Made by a program: the position numbers and the translations under genes. Shown here in pieces: positions 1 to 9,741 of a DNA stretch of 64,000 bases. Below the pieces are notes generated by a model. It ran no database searches. It saw only the letters and a list, made by a program, of their open reading frames with translations, and was not told the DNA's origin. Each line of letters begins with the position of its first letter. The stretch's first letter is position 1. This stretch comes from Candidatus Bathyarchaeota archaeon (GTDB lineage Archaea; Thermoproteota; Bathyarchaeia; Bathyarchaeales; Bathycorpusculaceae). The stretch lies in the NCBI GenBank assembly GCA_963775465.1, contig CAVZIW010000001.1, positions 352,001-416,000 on the forward strand, given 5' to 3'.

Positions 1-301
1 TACGAATTTTTTAAGCTAAAAGCAGAGCAAAAGAATCGAGCGTCTAAACGCAGAATCTTTTGTTATTCTGACCATTTCGAAATTTTCCCAGTTTTTCAAA
101 ACCAAACTAGGTATACAATATGAACCCAAATACTAATTGAAGCTATTACATACTATTATTAACTCATCATGCAGAAAAATCAAACCTGAAATCAAAAAAC
201 ACTCCAAAACAAATCCTATATATTCCAAGAAAAAAACAACCTCTTGTTCTTCCATCCTACAAGAAGTTTCCTCTAAACCAAATGAAGCACGAAAGCAAAA
301 A

Positions 302-1300
302 TCAAATGGGTGGGCGGGCAATTCTTTTGTTTTTCAATGTTTTCATCCATTTCTTAAATTCTTCTGATGGTGGATAATCACGAAAAAGTTTTATTCGTTT
401 AGATTCCAGGAAATTGTTCTCTTTGCCGGAATATTCAGCTGCAGTCACAAGGGTAGTTCCCGCTTTTTGGGCTTCTTGAAACACAAGCTCCATCTTTGGT
501 CTCCACTCTACATCGCGCAAAGCATGATGCTCTAAAATCACCAAAGGAACCACATCAAGGATACGCATTAAATTTCCAAGCCCTTTTTTTAGCTGAGCCA
601 TATCAACCCGAAAACCACCCAAATACAAGGGTGGCCCTCCTATCATAATTACAGCTGGTCTGGATGACAAAATCAACTCTGCAGTATGCGTTGATATCGG
701 ACCCTGAACGTCAGGTGCAAACATAAAGCGTTCCCCATCATACTCGACAGTAACCATTACAACCCAACCAGACATCGAATCTTCAGAGCCATGCGAAACA
801 GCTTCAGAAAAACGCAAATAGGTACGGCCAAAGACGAAAGTTTTTCCGTCAGCCGACTCCAGTTGTTTGGCGTGTTTGCCACCTGTTCGTTGAAACATCC
901 ATGCACGTTGCCTTTGACTGGCGTTTATGTTTTCTTTGGGGTTCTTTGCAAGAACGATTTTATCCTGATAGATTTGGCGTGCAGTTTCGCAGCCATCTGT
1001 CCAGTTTACGACCCAATCCTCAAAAGATGGTGTATGATGATCAAAATGATAGTGACTAATAGTGGTTATTTGAGCCTTATCAGCAGCTTGGGCAATAGTT
1101 TTACGAAGGTGAATGATTGTTTGATATTCAAAAGGGTGCGGAGGCAGATTAAACCGGTAAGAAGCAAGAGAAATTCCAGCATCTAAGAGTACCGAAAAAT
1201 CAGGGGTCTCAACAAGAGTGCACATTGACCGAACGCCAAAACTCTCCCCTGCCAAAGGAGTAACTTTAATCTTGTCTAGTACCGCTTTTTGTCTTTCCAT
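302..1300 (-). CDS. UPF0282-type metallo-beta-lactamase-fold hydrolase
   Basis: 332 aa; N-terminal ESFGVRSM, HxHxDH motif (SHYHFDHH), DVQGP and EHHALRD motifs typical of this archaeal family. Confidence 0.8.
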   Translation of the reverse strand: MERQKAVLDKIKVTPLAGESFGVRSMCTLVETPDFSVLLDAGISLASYRFNLPPHPFEYQTIIHLRKTIAQAADKAQITTISHYHFDHHTPSFEDWVVNWTDGCETARQIYQDKIVLAKNPKENINASQRQRAWMFQRTGGKHAKQLESADGKTFVFGRTYLRFSEAVSHGSEDSMSGWVVMVTVEYDGERFMFAPDVQGPISTHTAELILSSRPAVIMIGGPPLYLGGFRVDMAQLKKGLGNLMRILDVVPLVILEHHALRDVEWRPKMELVFQEAQKAGTTLVTAAEYSGKENNFLESKRIKLFRDYPPSEEFKKWMKTLKNKRIARPPI

Positions 1301-1427
1301 GCAATATCACGCAAAGAACTCACTGAATTAAAGTCGTAAGAAGTAAAAATGCTTACCGAACCTGCCGTTAGCCGCAAGACTTTAATTTCTAATTCTCCTC
1401 GCATTACAAGTGAGAAGGGCTATTTTT

Positions 1428-1982
1428 ATGAGCGAAAATAAAAATTTAGAAGTCGCAACTCTTGCTGCTGGATGTTTCTGGTGCACGGAAGCGGCATTTA
1501 ATATCATTAAAGGCGTTGAACGTATTGAACCTGGTTACACAGGAGGCACAACCGTTAATCCAACATATGAAGAGGTTTCAACGGGCTCTACGGGGCATGC
1601 AGAAGCAGCACAGATATATTTTGACCCCAAAGTCATCAGTTACAAAGAAATCTTGGAAATCTTTTTCACTATGCATGATCCAACCTCACTGAATCGGCAA
1701 GGCGCAGATATAGGAACACAATACCGTTCAGCTATCTTCTACCACAACCAACAACAAAAAGAAACCGTGGAAAAACTCATAGCTGAACTCACCCAAGAAG
1801 GCATTTGGGACAAACCTATAGTAACAGAAATCGTTCCGCTTAAAACATTCTACAGCGCTGAAACCTACCACAAAGACTACTACAAAAAACACCCCAAAGA
1901 ACCCTACTGCCAAGCAGTCATCGCCCCAAAAATCGCCAAACTTCAACAGCGATTCCTCGACAAAATCAAGGTACCCCTATGA
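1428..1982 (+). CDS. msrA: Peptide-methionine (S)-S-oxide reductase
   Basis: GCFWC active site, TGHAE, QGADIGTQYRS, AETYHKDYY; ATG at 1428 preferred over GTG at 1410. Confidence 0.95.
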   Translation: MSENKNLEVATLAAGCFWCTEAAFNIIKGVERIEPGYTGGTTVNPTYEEVSTGSTGHAEAAQIYFDPKVISYKEILEIFFTMHDPTSLNRQGADIGTQYRSAIFYHNQQQKETVEKLIAELTQEGIWDKPIVTEIVPLKTFYSAETYHKDYYKKHPKEPYCQAVIAPKIAKLQQRFLDKIKVPL

Positions 1983-2545
1983 CAAATCAAACCTCAACAA
2001 GCGCTGACCAAATTCTAATGCAGATCGAAAAACTCTCAGAAAAACATTTTCTTCCTATCATTGGAGCCAGCAAAGGAAAGATTTTAGCAGAGCAAGTTCG
2101 GAAATCCAAGCCACAGCATATACTTGAGGTGGGAACTCTAATCGGCTATTCCGCTATTCTCATGGGAAGAGAACTGGATGAAAACGCCGAAATCGTAACT
2201 ATAGAAATCCACCAAGACGAAGCAGAACTCGCAGAAAAAAACATCCAAAGAGCAAACATTCCGCCTAAAATCACAATTATAACAGGTGACGCAAAAACAA
2301 TAATACCTACTCTCAAAGGATCTTTTGACTTTGCTTTCATCGACGCAGAAAAAAACGAGTATTTCCAGTACCTCAAACTAGCAGAGCCCAAACTTCAAAA
2401 GGGCTCCGTCATAGTGGCTGATAACGCTGGAATCTTTGCCGACCAAATGAAAGACTACTTAGATTACATGCGGAATTCAGGGAAATATAGTAGTCGATAC
2501 GTTAAGGTTGGAGGCGACGGCTTAGAAATCAGCGTTAAACTCTAA
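1979..2545 (+). CDS. Class I SAM-dependent O-methyltransferase (caffeoyl-CoA/YrrM-like)
   Basis: ILEVGTLIGYS SAM-binding motif, FIDAEK, VADN; ATGA overlap with msrA. Confidence 0.85.
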   Translation: MTNQTSTSADQILMQIEKLSEKHFLPIIGASKGKILAEQVRKSKPQHILEVGTLIGYSAILMGRELDENAEIVTIEIHQDEAELAEKNIQRANIPPKITIITGDAKTIIPTLKGSFDFAFIDAEKNEYFQYLKLAEPKLQKGSVIVADNAGIFADQMKDYLDYMRNSGKYSSRYVKVGGDGLEISVKL

Positions 2546-2580
2546 CCTAAAGATTTAAGGATGGTTGGTTGGCAATTTGT

Positions 2581-2707
2581 GTGGGTGGACGATGACGAGT
2601 CTGGCCCCGCAGACGCAAGGATGATGTGGATCTTGAGTGCGGACGACGGCAATGATGAAAGCTTTTAGGCTTGTCTTGAAAGTGGAGTTGCCGCCTAAGA
2701 GCCCACC
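2581..2707 (+). ncRNA. Putative box C/D guide sRNA (predicted Cm34 of tRNA-Leu(CAA)) with an extra 3' hairpin
   Basis: GC-rich intergenic island downstream of a BRE/TATA-like AAAGATTTAAG; C-like ATGACGA 2592-2598, D'-like CAGA 2610-2613, C'-like ATGATGT 2621-2627, guide GGATCTTGAGT 2628-2638, D-like CGGA 2640-2643; terminal stem GGTGG/CCACC. Confidence 0.7.
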
Positions 2708-2743
2708 TATCATTTTAGTGTCCGATGGAATTCTCAGTAACTC

Positions 2744-3082
2744 TTATTTTAAGGAGTAAGCGCTAGAGATTAAATTGTTCGGATTCTCTTTCTCTCTTCT
2801 CTCTGCAGTTTCTTTCATTTCTTCAACAGTTTTATCCATACTTGTCAGAGGCAACCGATTTCCCGAAACAATTTGACGTGATAGCAACTTGACCCGTTCA
2901 TGTCCAGCGTTGTATTTTATATCTAAAAAAGTCAACTCTTTATCAGTCACAAATAATTCCACAACACAGTCTTTAGGGTGTTCTTCAGGGATACCGCGGA
3001 CAATTATTGCGTAGTAGTCATGTTTTCCCCTCGAAAAGAGGCTGCCATCTGAGTCAACCGCTGTCCAATTCAATGTTACCAA
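2744..3082 (-). CDS. Hypothetical protein
   Basis: 112-aa ORF with GGAGA SD before TTG, co-oriented downstream of the KH gene. Confidence 0.7.
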   Translation of the reverse strand: MVTLNWTAVDSDGSLFSRGKHDYYAIIVRGIPEEHPKDCVVELFVTDKELTFLDIKYNAGHERVKLLSRQIVSGNRLPLTSMDKTVEEMKETAERREKENPNNLISSAYSLK

Positions 3083-3102
3083 TTTATCTCTCCTTCAACT
3101 TT

Positions 3103-3681
3103 TTATTCTTTGGTTGGTGGCTTTTCCCATAATTCCAGTTTTTGTTTTTTAAGTTCACTACGTTTACGTTGTAGATACTTGTAGACTGAATGATGTTGAC
3201 AGCCTTCGATTATCATCTGCACGGCGTTACGTGCAATGTCTGCTTGTTCAAAACTGCCGATAATCGCCACTGTATGCCCATAAACGACAACATCTGCCTC
3301 TGAGAGTTCTTCGATAAGTCGACGAGTTTTTCCTTCGGTACCTATTAGTCTACCTTTAATACGCTTCATGTCCGATTCGGAACGCCCAAAAATTAGACGC
3401 AGATCCACTAAGTCAAATATATCATCTTCGTTTCGAATCAAACGAAATGCAGTTTCAGGCGTAAACCCCCGGCCGATGGCAGTTACAACATCCTTGGCTT
3501 TTAGCAACATAGAAGGGTCAGATGCAGTTTCAAGCAGTACAATAGAGACGCTGCCTTCTCGGTCAATGTCCAATTTCACGTTTAGTTTCTTCTCTATATG
3601 CGCTTTTACTCTCCCTTCTGGACCGACTAAAATGCCGACACGTTCTTTGGGGATTCTAACAAAAGTATCTGGACCAACCAT
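3103..3681 (-). CDS. KH-domain pre-rRNA processing protein (Dim2/Pno1/Krr1 family)
   Basis: Two GxxG KH loops (VGPEG, IGTEG), AIGRGF, G..H..VY C-terminus; follows rio1. Confidence 0.9.
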   Translation of the reverse strand: MVGPDTFVRIPKERVGILVGPEGRVKAHIEKKLNVKLDIDREGSVSIVLLETASDPSMLLKAKDVVTAIGRGFTPETAFRLIRNEDDIFDLVDLRLIFGRSESDMKRIKGRLIGTEGKTRRLIEELSEADVVVYGHTVAIIGSFEQADIARNAVQMIIEGCQHHSVYKYLQRKRSELKKQKLELWEKPPTKE

Positions 3682-4466
3682 TATTTACCAACTACTATCT
3701 TATGCAATTCTTCACTTGAATAAACCTTTACGTCTAAACGCGCAAAAAACCTATTAACATTCTCAATGTCCCGATTCAACATAAAATCCGCCATTGGATG
3801 CTTAAGAGATACAGATTGTGATAAATCAAAGATAACAGGTTTGCCCTTCCATATCATAATGTTGTATTCACTCAGATCTCCATGAACGATCTTTGCTTTC
3901 TGATACAGCCTCTTAAGATAAGTCACTACAACCTTGTAGACATGCTCTGGGTTTGCTGGAGGTCGCTCTTTTAGGGATGGCGCGCTGACACCTTTTTTGC
4001 CGATGAATTCCATTACAACTACGTTGCTTTTAACGGCGATGGGTACTGGCACACGCACTTTAGCTTGAGCAGCCTCAGATAAATTCCTAAACTCCTTTTG
4101 CGCCCAAACTGCAATCAATGAGCGGGTGTCATGTTTGACGTCTTTGAATCGAGGGTCTCCTTCAATGTATTTATGCATGCCACGTTTGAATTCGGCAGAA
4201 GAAGTCAAGTAAATTTTTACTGCCAAATCCGTGCCGTCTTTTGCTGTTCCCCAGTAAACCCGTGCTTCCTTACCTGAACTCACAACGCCGTTGAGTTCGT
4301 AGAGTATACCACTGTTTAACAAGTCAAAAACCACCATACGAGTAGTTTGATCAAAAACCTCTTCAACAGTGGCGCGTTCTTTGGCTTTGTCATGGTTAAG
4401 CATTTTGTCTCTGCGTTCCATTGTTTTTTCTAGATGGTCTATGCGTTCACGGGCTTTACGGGACAT
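3681..4466 (-). CDS. rio1: Rio1 atypical serine kinase
   Basis: SSGKEA P-loop, AVKIY, WAQKEFRNL, VHGDLSEYN, FDLSQSV. Confidence 0.95.
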   Translation of the reverse strand: MSRKARERIDHLEKTMERRDKMLNHDKAKERATVEEVFDQTTRMVVFDLLNSGILYELNGVVSSGKEARVYWGTAKDGTDLAVKIYLTSSAEFKRGMHKYIEGDPRFKDVKHDTRSLIAVWAQKEFRNLSEAAQAKVRVPVPIAVKSNVVVMEFIGKKGVSAPSLKERPPANPEHVYKVVVTYLKRLYQKAKIVHGDLSEYNIMIWKGKPVIFDLSQSVSLKHPMADFMLNRDIENVNRFFARLDVKVYSSEELHKIVVGK

Positions 4467-4596
4467 AAATAGTCACAGAGCTATTCTCTTTGAAGGTATT
4501 AAAACCACTCTTAACAAAACTAAAAAACAATGATTTTCGAGTTTAACCTCAGCTGGGTCATTTATTGATATGCAATAAAAGTAAGAAGTGTTTGGT

Positions 4597-4902
4597 TTAA
4601 AGGGTTAAGATGCCTTTGCGTCTCAAGTTTTCAGCTTGAGAATGGGTGTAGCGCCAGACAACGTCGCCGCGTTTGTCAGTTTGGAATTCCCAGGGTGATA
4701 CGATAACGATGTCGCCTTCACGTATCCAAACGCGGCGTTTCATTTTGCCGCGGATACGACATAGGCGTTCAGCGCCATCTTGGCATTTAACCATGATGCG
4801 GTCAAAGCCTAAGAGTTTTGTAACTACACCTAGGACTTCGCCCTGTCCTGGATAAGTCATTTCGCTTATTGAGCCTTCATTCAACACTTTTTTCTTTCCC
4901 AA
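4597..4902 (-). CDS. eif1a: Translation initiation factor aIF-1A
   Basis: RLCRIRGKMKRRVWIREGDIVIVSPWEFQ signature; conserved aIF1A-rio1-KH gene order. Confidence 0.95.
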   Translation of the reverse strand: MGKKKVLNEGSISEMTYPGQGEVLGVVTKLLGFDRIMVKCQDGAERLCRIRGKMKRRVWIREGDIVIVSPWEFQTDKRGDVVWRYTHSQAENLRRKGILTL

Positions 4903-5095
4903 ACAGGAAACCTCGATTTACCCAATTTGAAATCAATAGTTCTATCTTCCTTAAAAGCATGCTCATATATCAAAATAACTTATCAACGGACCAGACGTTC
5001 CCCTTTTTTAAGAAAGGCGCGAATCCCATAAAAAGGTGTGGAAGCAGACAACGCATTTGGAACTGTACTATAAACTAGGCAAGCGCCTTAATTTC

Positions 5096-5515
5096 TTAAA
5101 GATTCTCCCGAATCCTTTTTGCCAATTCATCTAGTATGGGTCGGTCGATTTCTGCGAGTTCACTAAAAGACTTCAGTTTTTGACCTGTAAACCTGGGAAC
5201 TACATGCACGTGGAAGTGAAAAATGTCTTGTCCGGCAGCCTTGCCGTTCTGTTGAATTATGCTTATGCCATCAGCATTTGTGGCATTTTTAATAGCAGAG
5301 GAAAGCTTTTTTGCTGCTTCGTGAACTGCGTCAAGTTCTTTTTCAGGGATATCAAAGATATCGACGAAGTGATCTTTAGGTATGACAAGTGAATGCCCCA
5401 AGTTTAAGGGTCGAATGTCAAGAAAAGCTATCACTTTTTCATCTTCATATAGTATGCTTGATGGCGCTTGCTTAAGCACAATTTTGCAGAAAATACAAGA
5501 TTCATCTAAAATCAT
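5096..5515 (-). CDS. HIT family nucleotide hydrolase
   Basis: CIFCKI, GHSLVIPKDH, AGQDIFHFHVHVVPR histidine triad. Confidence 0.95.
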   Translation of the reverse strand: MILDESCIFCKIVLKQAPSSILYEDEKVIAFLDIRPLNLGHSLVIPKDHFVDIFDIPEKELDAVHEAAKKLSSAIKNATNADGISIIQQNGKAAGQDIFHFHVHVVPRFTGQKLKSFSELAEIDRPILDELAKRIRENL

Positions 5516-5607
5516 TCAATACACCTCAAAAATACTAATTTAGTTTCTAACAATCAGTTTATATGCAATGCTTCTTCATATTTCTTTCATCACTCGAGGT
5601 TGAGTTT

Positions 5608-5892
5608 ATGACTGAACTTGAAGACAAAGTTCGCCAAGAAGTAGGCAAAGTACAAGACCCCGAAACTGGACAAACCTTCGAAGAAATGCAAATGATCCAA
5701 AGTGTGAAAGAAACCGCGCCGGGAACAGTTACGGTTGAATTTGTTCCAACCAGTCCTTTTTGTCCAATCGCATTTAAACTTGCAGCAGACTTGAGAGATG
5801 CTGCAAAAACTGTCCCAGGCGTTGAAAAAGCAGTTGTTTTCTGCCGTGGACATGCGATGGAGCAGCAAATCAACGAAATGACCAACAAGTAA
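5608..5892 (+). CDS. DUF59/MIP18 Fe-S cluster assembly domain protein
   Basis: VQDPE ... TSPFCP motif; ATG 5608 follows GAGGTTGA SD. Confidence 0.85.
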   Translation: MTELEDKVRQEVGKVQDPETGQTFEEMQMIQSVKETAPGTVTVEFVPTSPFCPIAFKLAADLRDAAKTVPGVEKAVVFCRGHAMEQQINEMTNK

Positions 5893-6202
5893 CATCTTTT
5901 TCAAACATTTAACTATGCGCTGGCAAATAGCCTTAAGGAAGAAGAAAACTATTTTTCTAAAAAAGAGTTTGTCTGCTAGAATAACAACACCTAAAAAATT
6001 CTTGTTGTTCTTCCAACCCTTCAATGCACATAGAGGCAGCTTTTAGCGCTTTGTAGCTGCAAAATTTTTCCTTAGAATGAGATTAGTTTGTTTTGCTACT
6101 TTTTATTTGGTTTTGGATTAAAGTTGTTTGACCGCTTTTTAAGAATATTCATCTCATCGGAGCGACAGCAAATATTCTTGGAGATCAGCTTTTTTGACCA
6201 AG

Positions 6203-6964
6203 TTACTTCATTCTGCTAAACGTCCAAGTGCCAACTCCAATCATCACCAAATCAAATACACATACGACGCCAAGGTTAATGTATAATGGCTGAATCGGAA
6301 TCCAAGCAGAGCCTAAAATCACCGTTCGCAAAGCATCAACGCCATAGGTTAATGGATTAAAAATTGAAGCCACGCGCAGCCATTCTGGGATTCCAGCTCC
6401 TGAAACAGGAAATAAAGCTCCACTTAAAAAAAACATTGGCAAATTGATGAAGGTTTGGATTGCACCAAAACTTTCCAGACTGCCCATAGCGCTTGCAATC
6501 GTTAAACCGATGCTGACTAATCCAAATGTAACAAGCAACATTATGGGCAAACAAATTATGAAAATGATGGGGTCAAAGGCAACTCCTAACAATGTGCCGA
6601 AAGCAAAAACAATTACGCCTTGAATGAGTGCATCGGTACTATCCCCCAGCATTTTGCCTAAAAACAACGTGAAGCGGGATACAGGTGAAACAAGGATTTC
6701 TTTCATAAACCCAAATTCTTTGTCCCAGATAACGGAGATACCCATAAACATAGACGTGAAAAGCAACGTCTGACCTATTATGCCTGGAAAAATGTATTGC
6801 TGATAGTTTAATCCTGGAATCAAAAAACGGGTCCCAAAGCCAGCGCCGAAAATTACAAGCCACAAAAGCGGTTGAATAAAACTGCTAATCAGCCTAGTTC
6901 GGTCGCGGAGAAAACGCTTTATTTCCCTAAGCCAGAGCGTGTAGAGTCCACGCATCTCACTCAT
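6203..6964 (-). CDS. ABC-2 type exporter permease
   Basis: Multiple TM segments, DKEFGFMKEILVSP, FLSGALFP, NPLTY. Confidence 0.9.
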   Translation of the reverse strand: MSEMRGLYTLWLREIKRFLRDRTRLISSFIQPLLWLVIFGAGFGTRFLIPGLNYQQYIFPGIIGQTLLFTSMFMGISVIWDKEFGFMKEILVSPVSRFTLFLGKMLGDSTDALIQGVIVFAFGTLLGVAFDPIIFIICLPIMLLVTFGLVSIGLTIASAMGSLESFGAIQTFINLPMFFLSGALFPVSGAGIPEWLRVASIFNPLTYGVDALRTVILGSAWIPIQPLYINLGVVCVFDLVMIGVGTWTFSRMK

Positions 6965-7950
6965 CTAATAGCTCTCCTTTGAATTGCAGCCATTCCATGC
7001 AATTCTTTTGTTGTATCCTGGCGAATAGTTCTACCAGTATAATGCAGGAAAACGTCTTCAAGGTTTGGTTCACGCAAAAGTAGCGATTCAACATAGATTT
7101 TGTTATGTGTCGCCAACTCCATGATACGTGGCATTACTGCTCTTCCATTTCTGACTGTGATTTCCAAGGCGCCATCTACAATCTGTGTTTGATTTTGGCT
7201 CAACGACGTATTAACAACTTGTTTGAGAAAATCTATGTTGTTTGCACGAACAACTATTACGTCACCTTCGAGGGTTTCCTTTAGTTTGGGAGGAGAATCT
7301 AAAACAACGATCTTTCCATGATCCATTATGGCTATACGATCAGAAAGTCTGTCAGCTTCATCCATGTAATGTGTAGTAAGGACCACGGTGATATCGTGAG
7401 CTTTCTTTAGTTCTTTAATGTATTTCCATATATGGTCTCGAGTTTGAGGGTCAAGACCAACGGTGGGCTCATCCAAGAACAAAACTTTTGGATAATGAAT
7501 TAGACCACGTCCAAGTTCAAGTCTTCTTCTCATCCCCCCTGAATATGTCCGCAGTAAATCGTTAGCTCTATCTTCAAGCTCGACGAGTTTTAGAACACGA
7601 TTAATTCGATCTTTCTGCTCAGAGGCGGGAACTCCGTATAGGTTTGCGTGCATGTAGAGGTTTTCTCTGCCTGTTAAGCGGTCATCGATGCTTGGGTCTT
7701 GAAAAACTATGCCTATGGATTTACGCACTTTATTTGCTTCCCTAACAATGTCAAAGCCATTTACCGTTGCGGTTCCATAGGTAGGTTTGAGAATAGTGCA
7801 TAGCATCGATATTGCAGTTGTCTTGCCTGCTCCATTGGGTCCCAGCAGCCCAAATATTTCGCCTGATTCGACTTTGATGTTGAGGTCGTCTACCGCTTTT
7901 AGTGAATTGTAGGTTTTGGTTAATCGGTTAGTTTCGATTACCGAAGGCAT
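6961..7950 (-). CDS. ABC exporter ATP-binding protein (DrrA-like)
   Basis: GPNGAGKT, YSGGM, FLDEPT, TTHYM; likely start is ATG at 7950. Confidence 0.93.
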   Translation of the reverse strand: MPSVIETNRLTKTYNSLKAVDDLNIKVESGEIFGLLGPNGAGKTTAISMLCTILKPTYGTATVNGFDIVREANKVRKSIGIVFQDPSIDDRLTGRENLYMHANLYGVPASEQKDRINRVLKLVELEDRANDLLRTYSGGMRRRLELGRGLIHYPKVLFLDEPTVGLDPQTRDHIWKYIKELKKAHDITVVLTTHYMDEADRLSDRIAIMDHGKIVVLDSPPKLKETLEGDVIVVRANNIDFLKQVVNTSLSQNQTQIVDGALEITVRNGRAVMPRIMELATHNKIYVESLLLREPNLEDVFLHYTGRTIRQDTTKELHGMAAIQRRAIR

Positions 7951-8041
7951 GTTTTGTCTTGGAGCAAATGAAAGAAAGAAAGATTTAAGGTTTTTTTGAA
8001 AAAACATTGGCTTTTTGAATGCCGGTTAATTGTTTTAGTTA

Positions 8042-8200
8042 TCAAGAATTAGTTGACTGCTGCTTTTTTATCTCGGGTGGATTATACCATTCCCAAACCT
8101 TGTTTGAGACGTTTTTAGAAATGCCAGAAGTGGCAAGACCCCTTTTAAAAGAGCGTTCTGAAGGCGCTATATTCGGTTTGCCTTTTGTTTTCTGGCGCAT
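8042..8200 (-). CDS. Possible small basic protein (52 aa)
   Basis: ATG-started MRQKTKGKP...KVWEWYNPPEIKK; no family recognised. Confidence 0.35.
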   Translation of the reverse strand: MRQKTKGKPNIAPSERSFKRGLATSGISKNVSNKVWEWYNPPEIKKQQSTNS

Positions 8201-8412
8201 ATCGTATCTGGTAGAAATTATAATAATAAAGGTTACGAAATTTAGTGGAACTTGTAGAGGTGCACAACAAAAATACACAAAACAGGTTTGCGTAAAAAAT
8301 CTTGGTTGCAATCTGCAGCACAAATTGAGAAAGTGACTTATAGGTTATCCTCGACTATTTTTCGTAAGTGTTAAATTTTACCTTACCATACCTTTTTGGT
8401 GAGATGTTTTAA

Positions 8413-8850
8413 ATGCCAGAAATGAACTTTGAAGGAACCGCCACTTGGAAGGGCGCAACAGAATGTGAACTTTCAATTAAAGGCAAAAAAATTGTAACTG
8501 TCAGTCCACCACCATCGTTTGGAGGAAAAGAAGGCTATTGTGTTCCAGAAGATATCTTTGCCGCCGCGTTGGCTTCGTGTATTAATACACTGTTTCTGTT
8601 GATTGCAAAAAACAGTCAACTTGGTTTAAAGAACTTGGAAACTATAGCAAATGTTAAGATGAACGTTGAAGGCATGGAGAAACTAATTTTCACTAACGTT
8701 CACTTCAATATGAATGTCACTTTAGAAAATGACAATGAGCGCGAACGCAAAAAAGCCACCACGGTATACGGGATGGCGCAGAAGATTTGCCCGATTAGGC
8801 AATCATGGGGCGAAGCTGTTCCAATAAGTTTTGAATTAAATTTCAAGTAG
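8413..8850 (+). CDS. OsmC/Ohr family protein
   Basis: PPSFGG...PEDIFAAALASC and second Cys in CPI. Confidence 0.85.
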   Translation: MPEMNFEGTATWKGATECELSIKGKKIVTVSPPPSFGGKEGYCVPEDIFAAALASCINTLFLLIAKNSQLGLKNLETIANVKMNVEGMEKLIFTNVHFNMNVTLENDNERERKKATTVYGMAQKICPIRQSWGEAVPISFELNFK

Positions 8851-8943
8851 ACTTTCTTTTTTCCTTTTTTTATTTTCACGTAATGAACATTTTTAATACT
8901 AAAGAAAAAACGCATTAGCCTTAAATACAGAATCGTTTGTATT

Positions 8944-9741
8944 TTGAATTCGGGAGTAATGTTGAAGATGACTAGCACAAATGCAGTTGTACTTCGCGAT
9001 GTCACAAAACGCTACAACGAAATAGTAGCCGTAAACAACATAAACTTAACCATACCAACCGGCGAAATTTTCGCATTGTTAGGTCCGAACGGATCAGGAA
9101 AATCTACTACGCTAAAAATGCTGCTGAGTTTGTTGCAGCCTACCGCTGGCTCGATTAATGTTTTAGGCATAGACGTACAGAAAGACCCTGTTGCCATTAA
9201 GAAGCAAGTAGGCTACGTGCCCGAGGCACCTGACGTCTACGAGTTTTTAACTGGATTGGAATATCTCGACTTCATCGGAGATATCTATAGCATTCCAACC
9301 GCTGAGAAGCAAAAACGCATAAACGAATACCTAAAAGCGCTGCAGCTGGAAGGCCGCGAAGGAGACATGATAAATAGCTACTCGGACGGCATGAAGAAAA
9401 AAATTAGTCTCATCTCTGCATTTCTTCACAGACCCAAGCTACTTATACTTGATGAACCCCTAAACGCGTTGGATCCTCGAAGTGCAAGAATAGTTAAGGA
9501 CTACCTGTTTTCACTAAAAAAGCAAGGCATAACCACCATACTTTCCACTCACGTTTTAGAAATTGCAGAAGCAGTCTGCGATCGCATAGGCATAATGTAT
9601 CAAGGAAAAATTTTAGCTCTAGGCAGTATGTCAGAATTGCGCCAAGAAGCCAGTCTCCCAAGCTCAGGGTTGGAAGAAATATTCCTCAAACTTACCGGAA
9701 CAGGTGACTTAAAACCAGTAGTTGAGGAACTGTTGAAATGA
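8944..9741 (+). CDS. ABC transporter ATP-binding protein
   Basis: GPNGSGKS, YSDGM, ILDEP, STH; true start may be a downstream ATG (8959 or 8968). Confidence 0.92.
   Translation: MNSGVMLKMTSTNAVVLRDVTKRYNEIVAVNNINLTIPTGEIFALLGPNGSGKSTTLKMLLSLLQPTAGSINVLGIDVQKDPVAIKKQVGYVPEAPDVYEFLTGLEYLDFIGDIYSIPTAEKQKRINEYLKALQLEGREGDMINSYSDGMKKKISLISAFLHRPKLLILDEPLNALDPRSARIVKDYLFSLKKQGITTILSTHVLEIAEAVCDRIGIMYQGKILALGSMSELRQEASLPSSGLEEIFLKLTGTGDLKPVVEELLK

Noticed and set aside
133-367. Short ORFs at the window start and the many antisense or alternate-frame ORFs in the track (e.g. 791-1186, 3368-3757, 17092-17436, 50512-50943, 56804-57262)
   Set aside because: Shadow frames of well-supported genes or low-complexity sequence; no motifs or SD support.
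2591-2618. Hammerhead ribozyme core (ATGACGA-GTC...GAC-GCAA)
   Set aside because: The invariant CUGA and GAAA are both altered, and the box C/D reading explains the region better.
2555-2713. 52-aa minus-strand ORF (MIGGLLGG...) and 35-aa plus-strand ORF
   Set aside because: No recognisable protein features; both overlap the more convincing sRNA.
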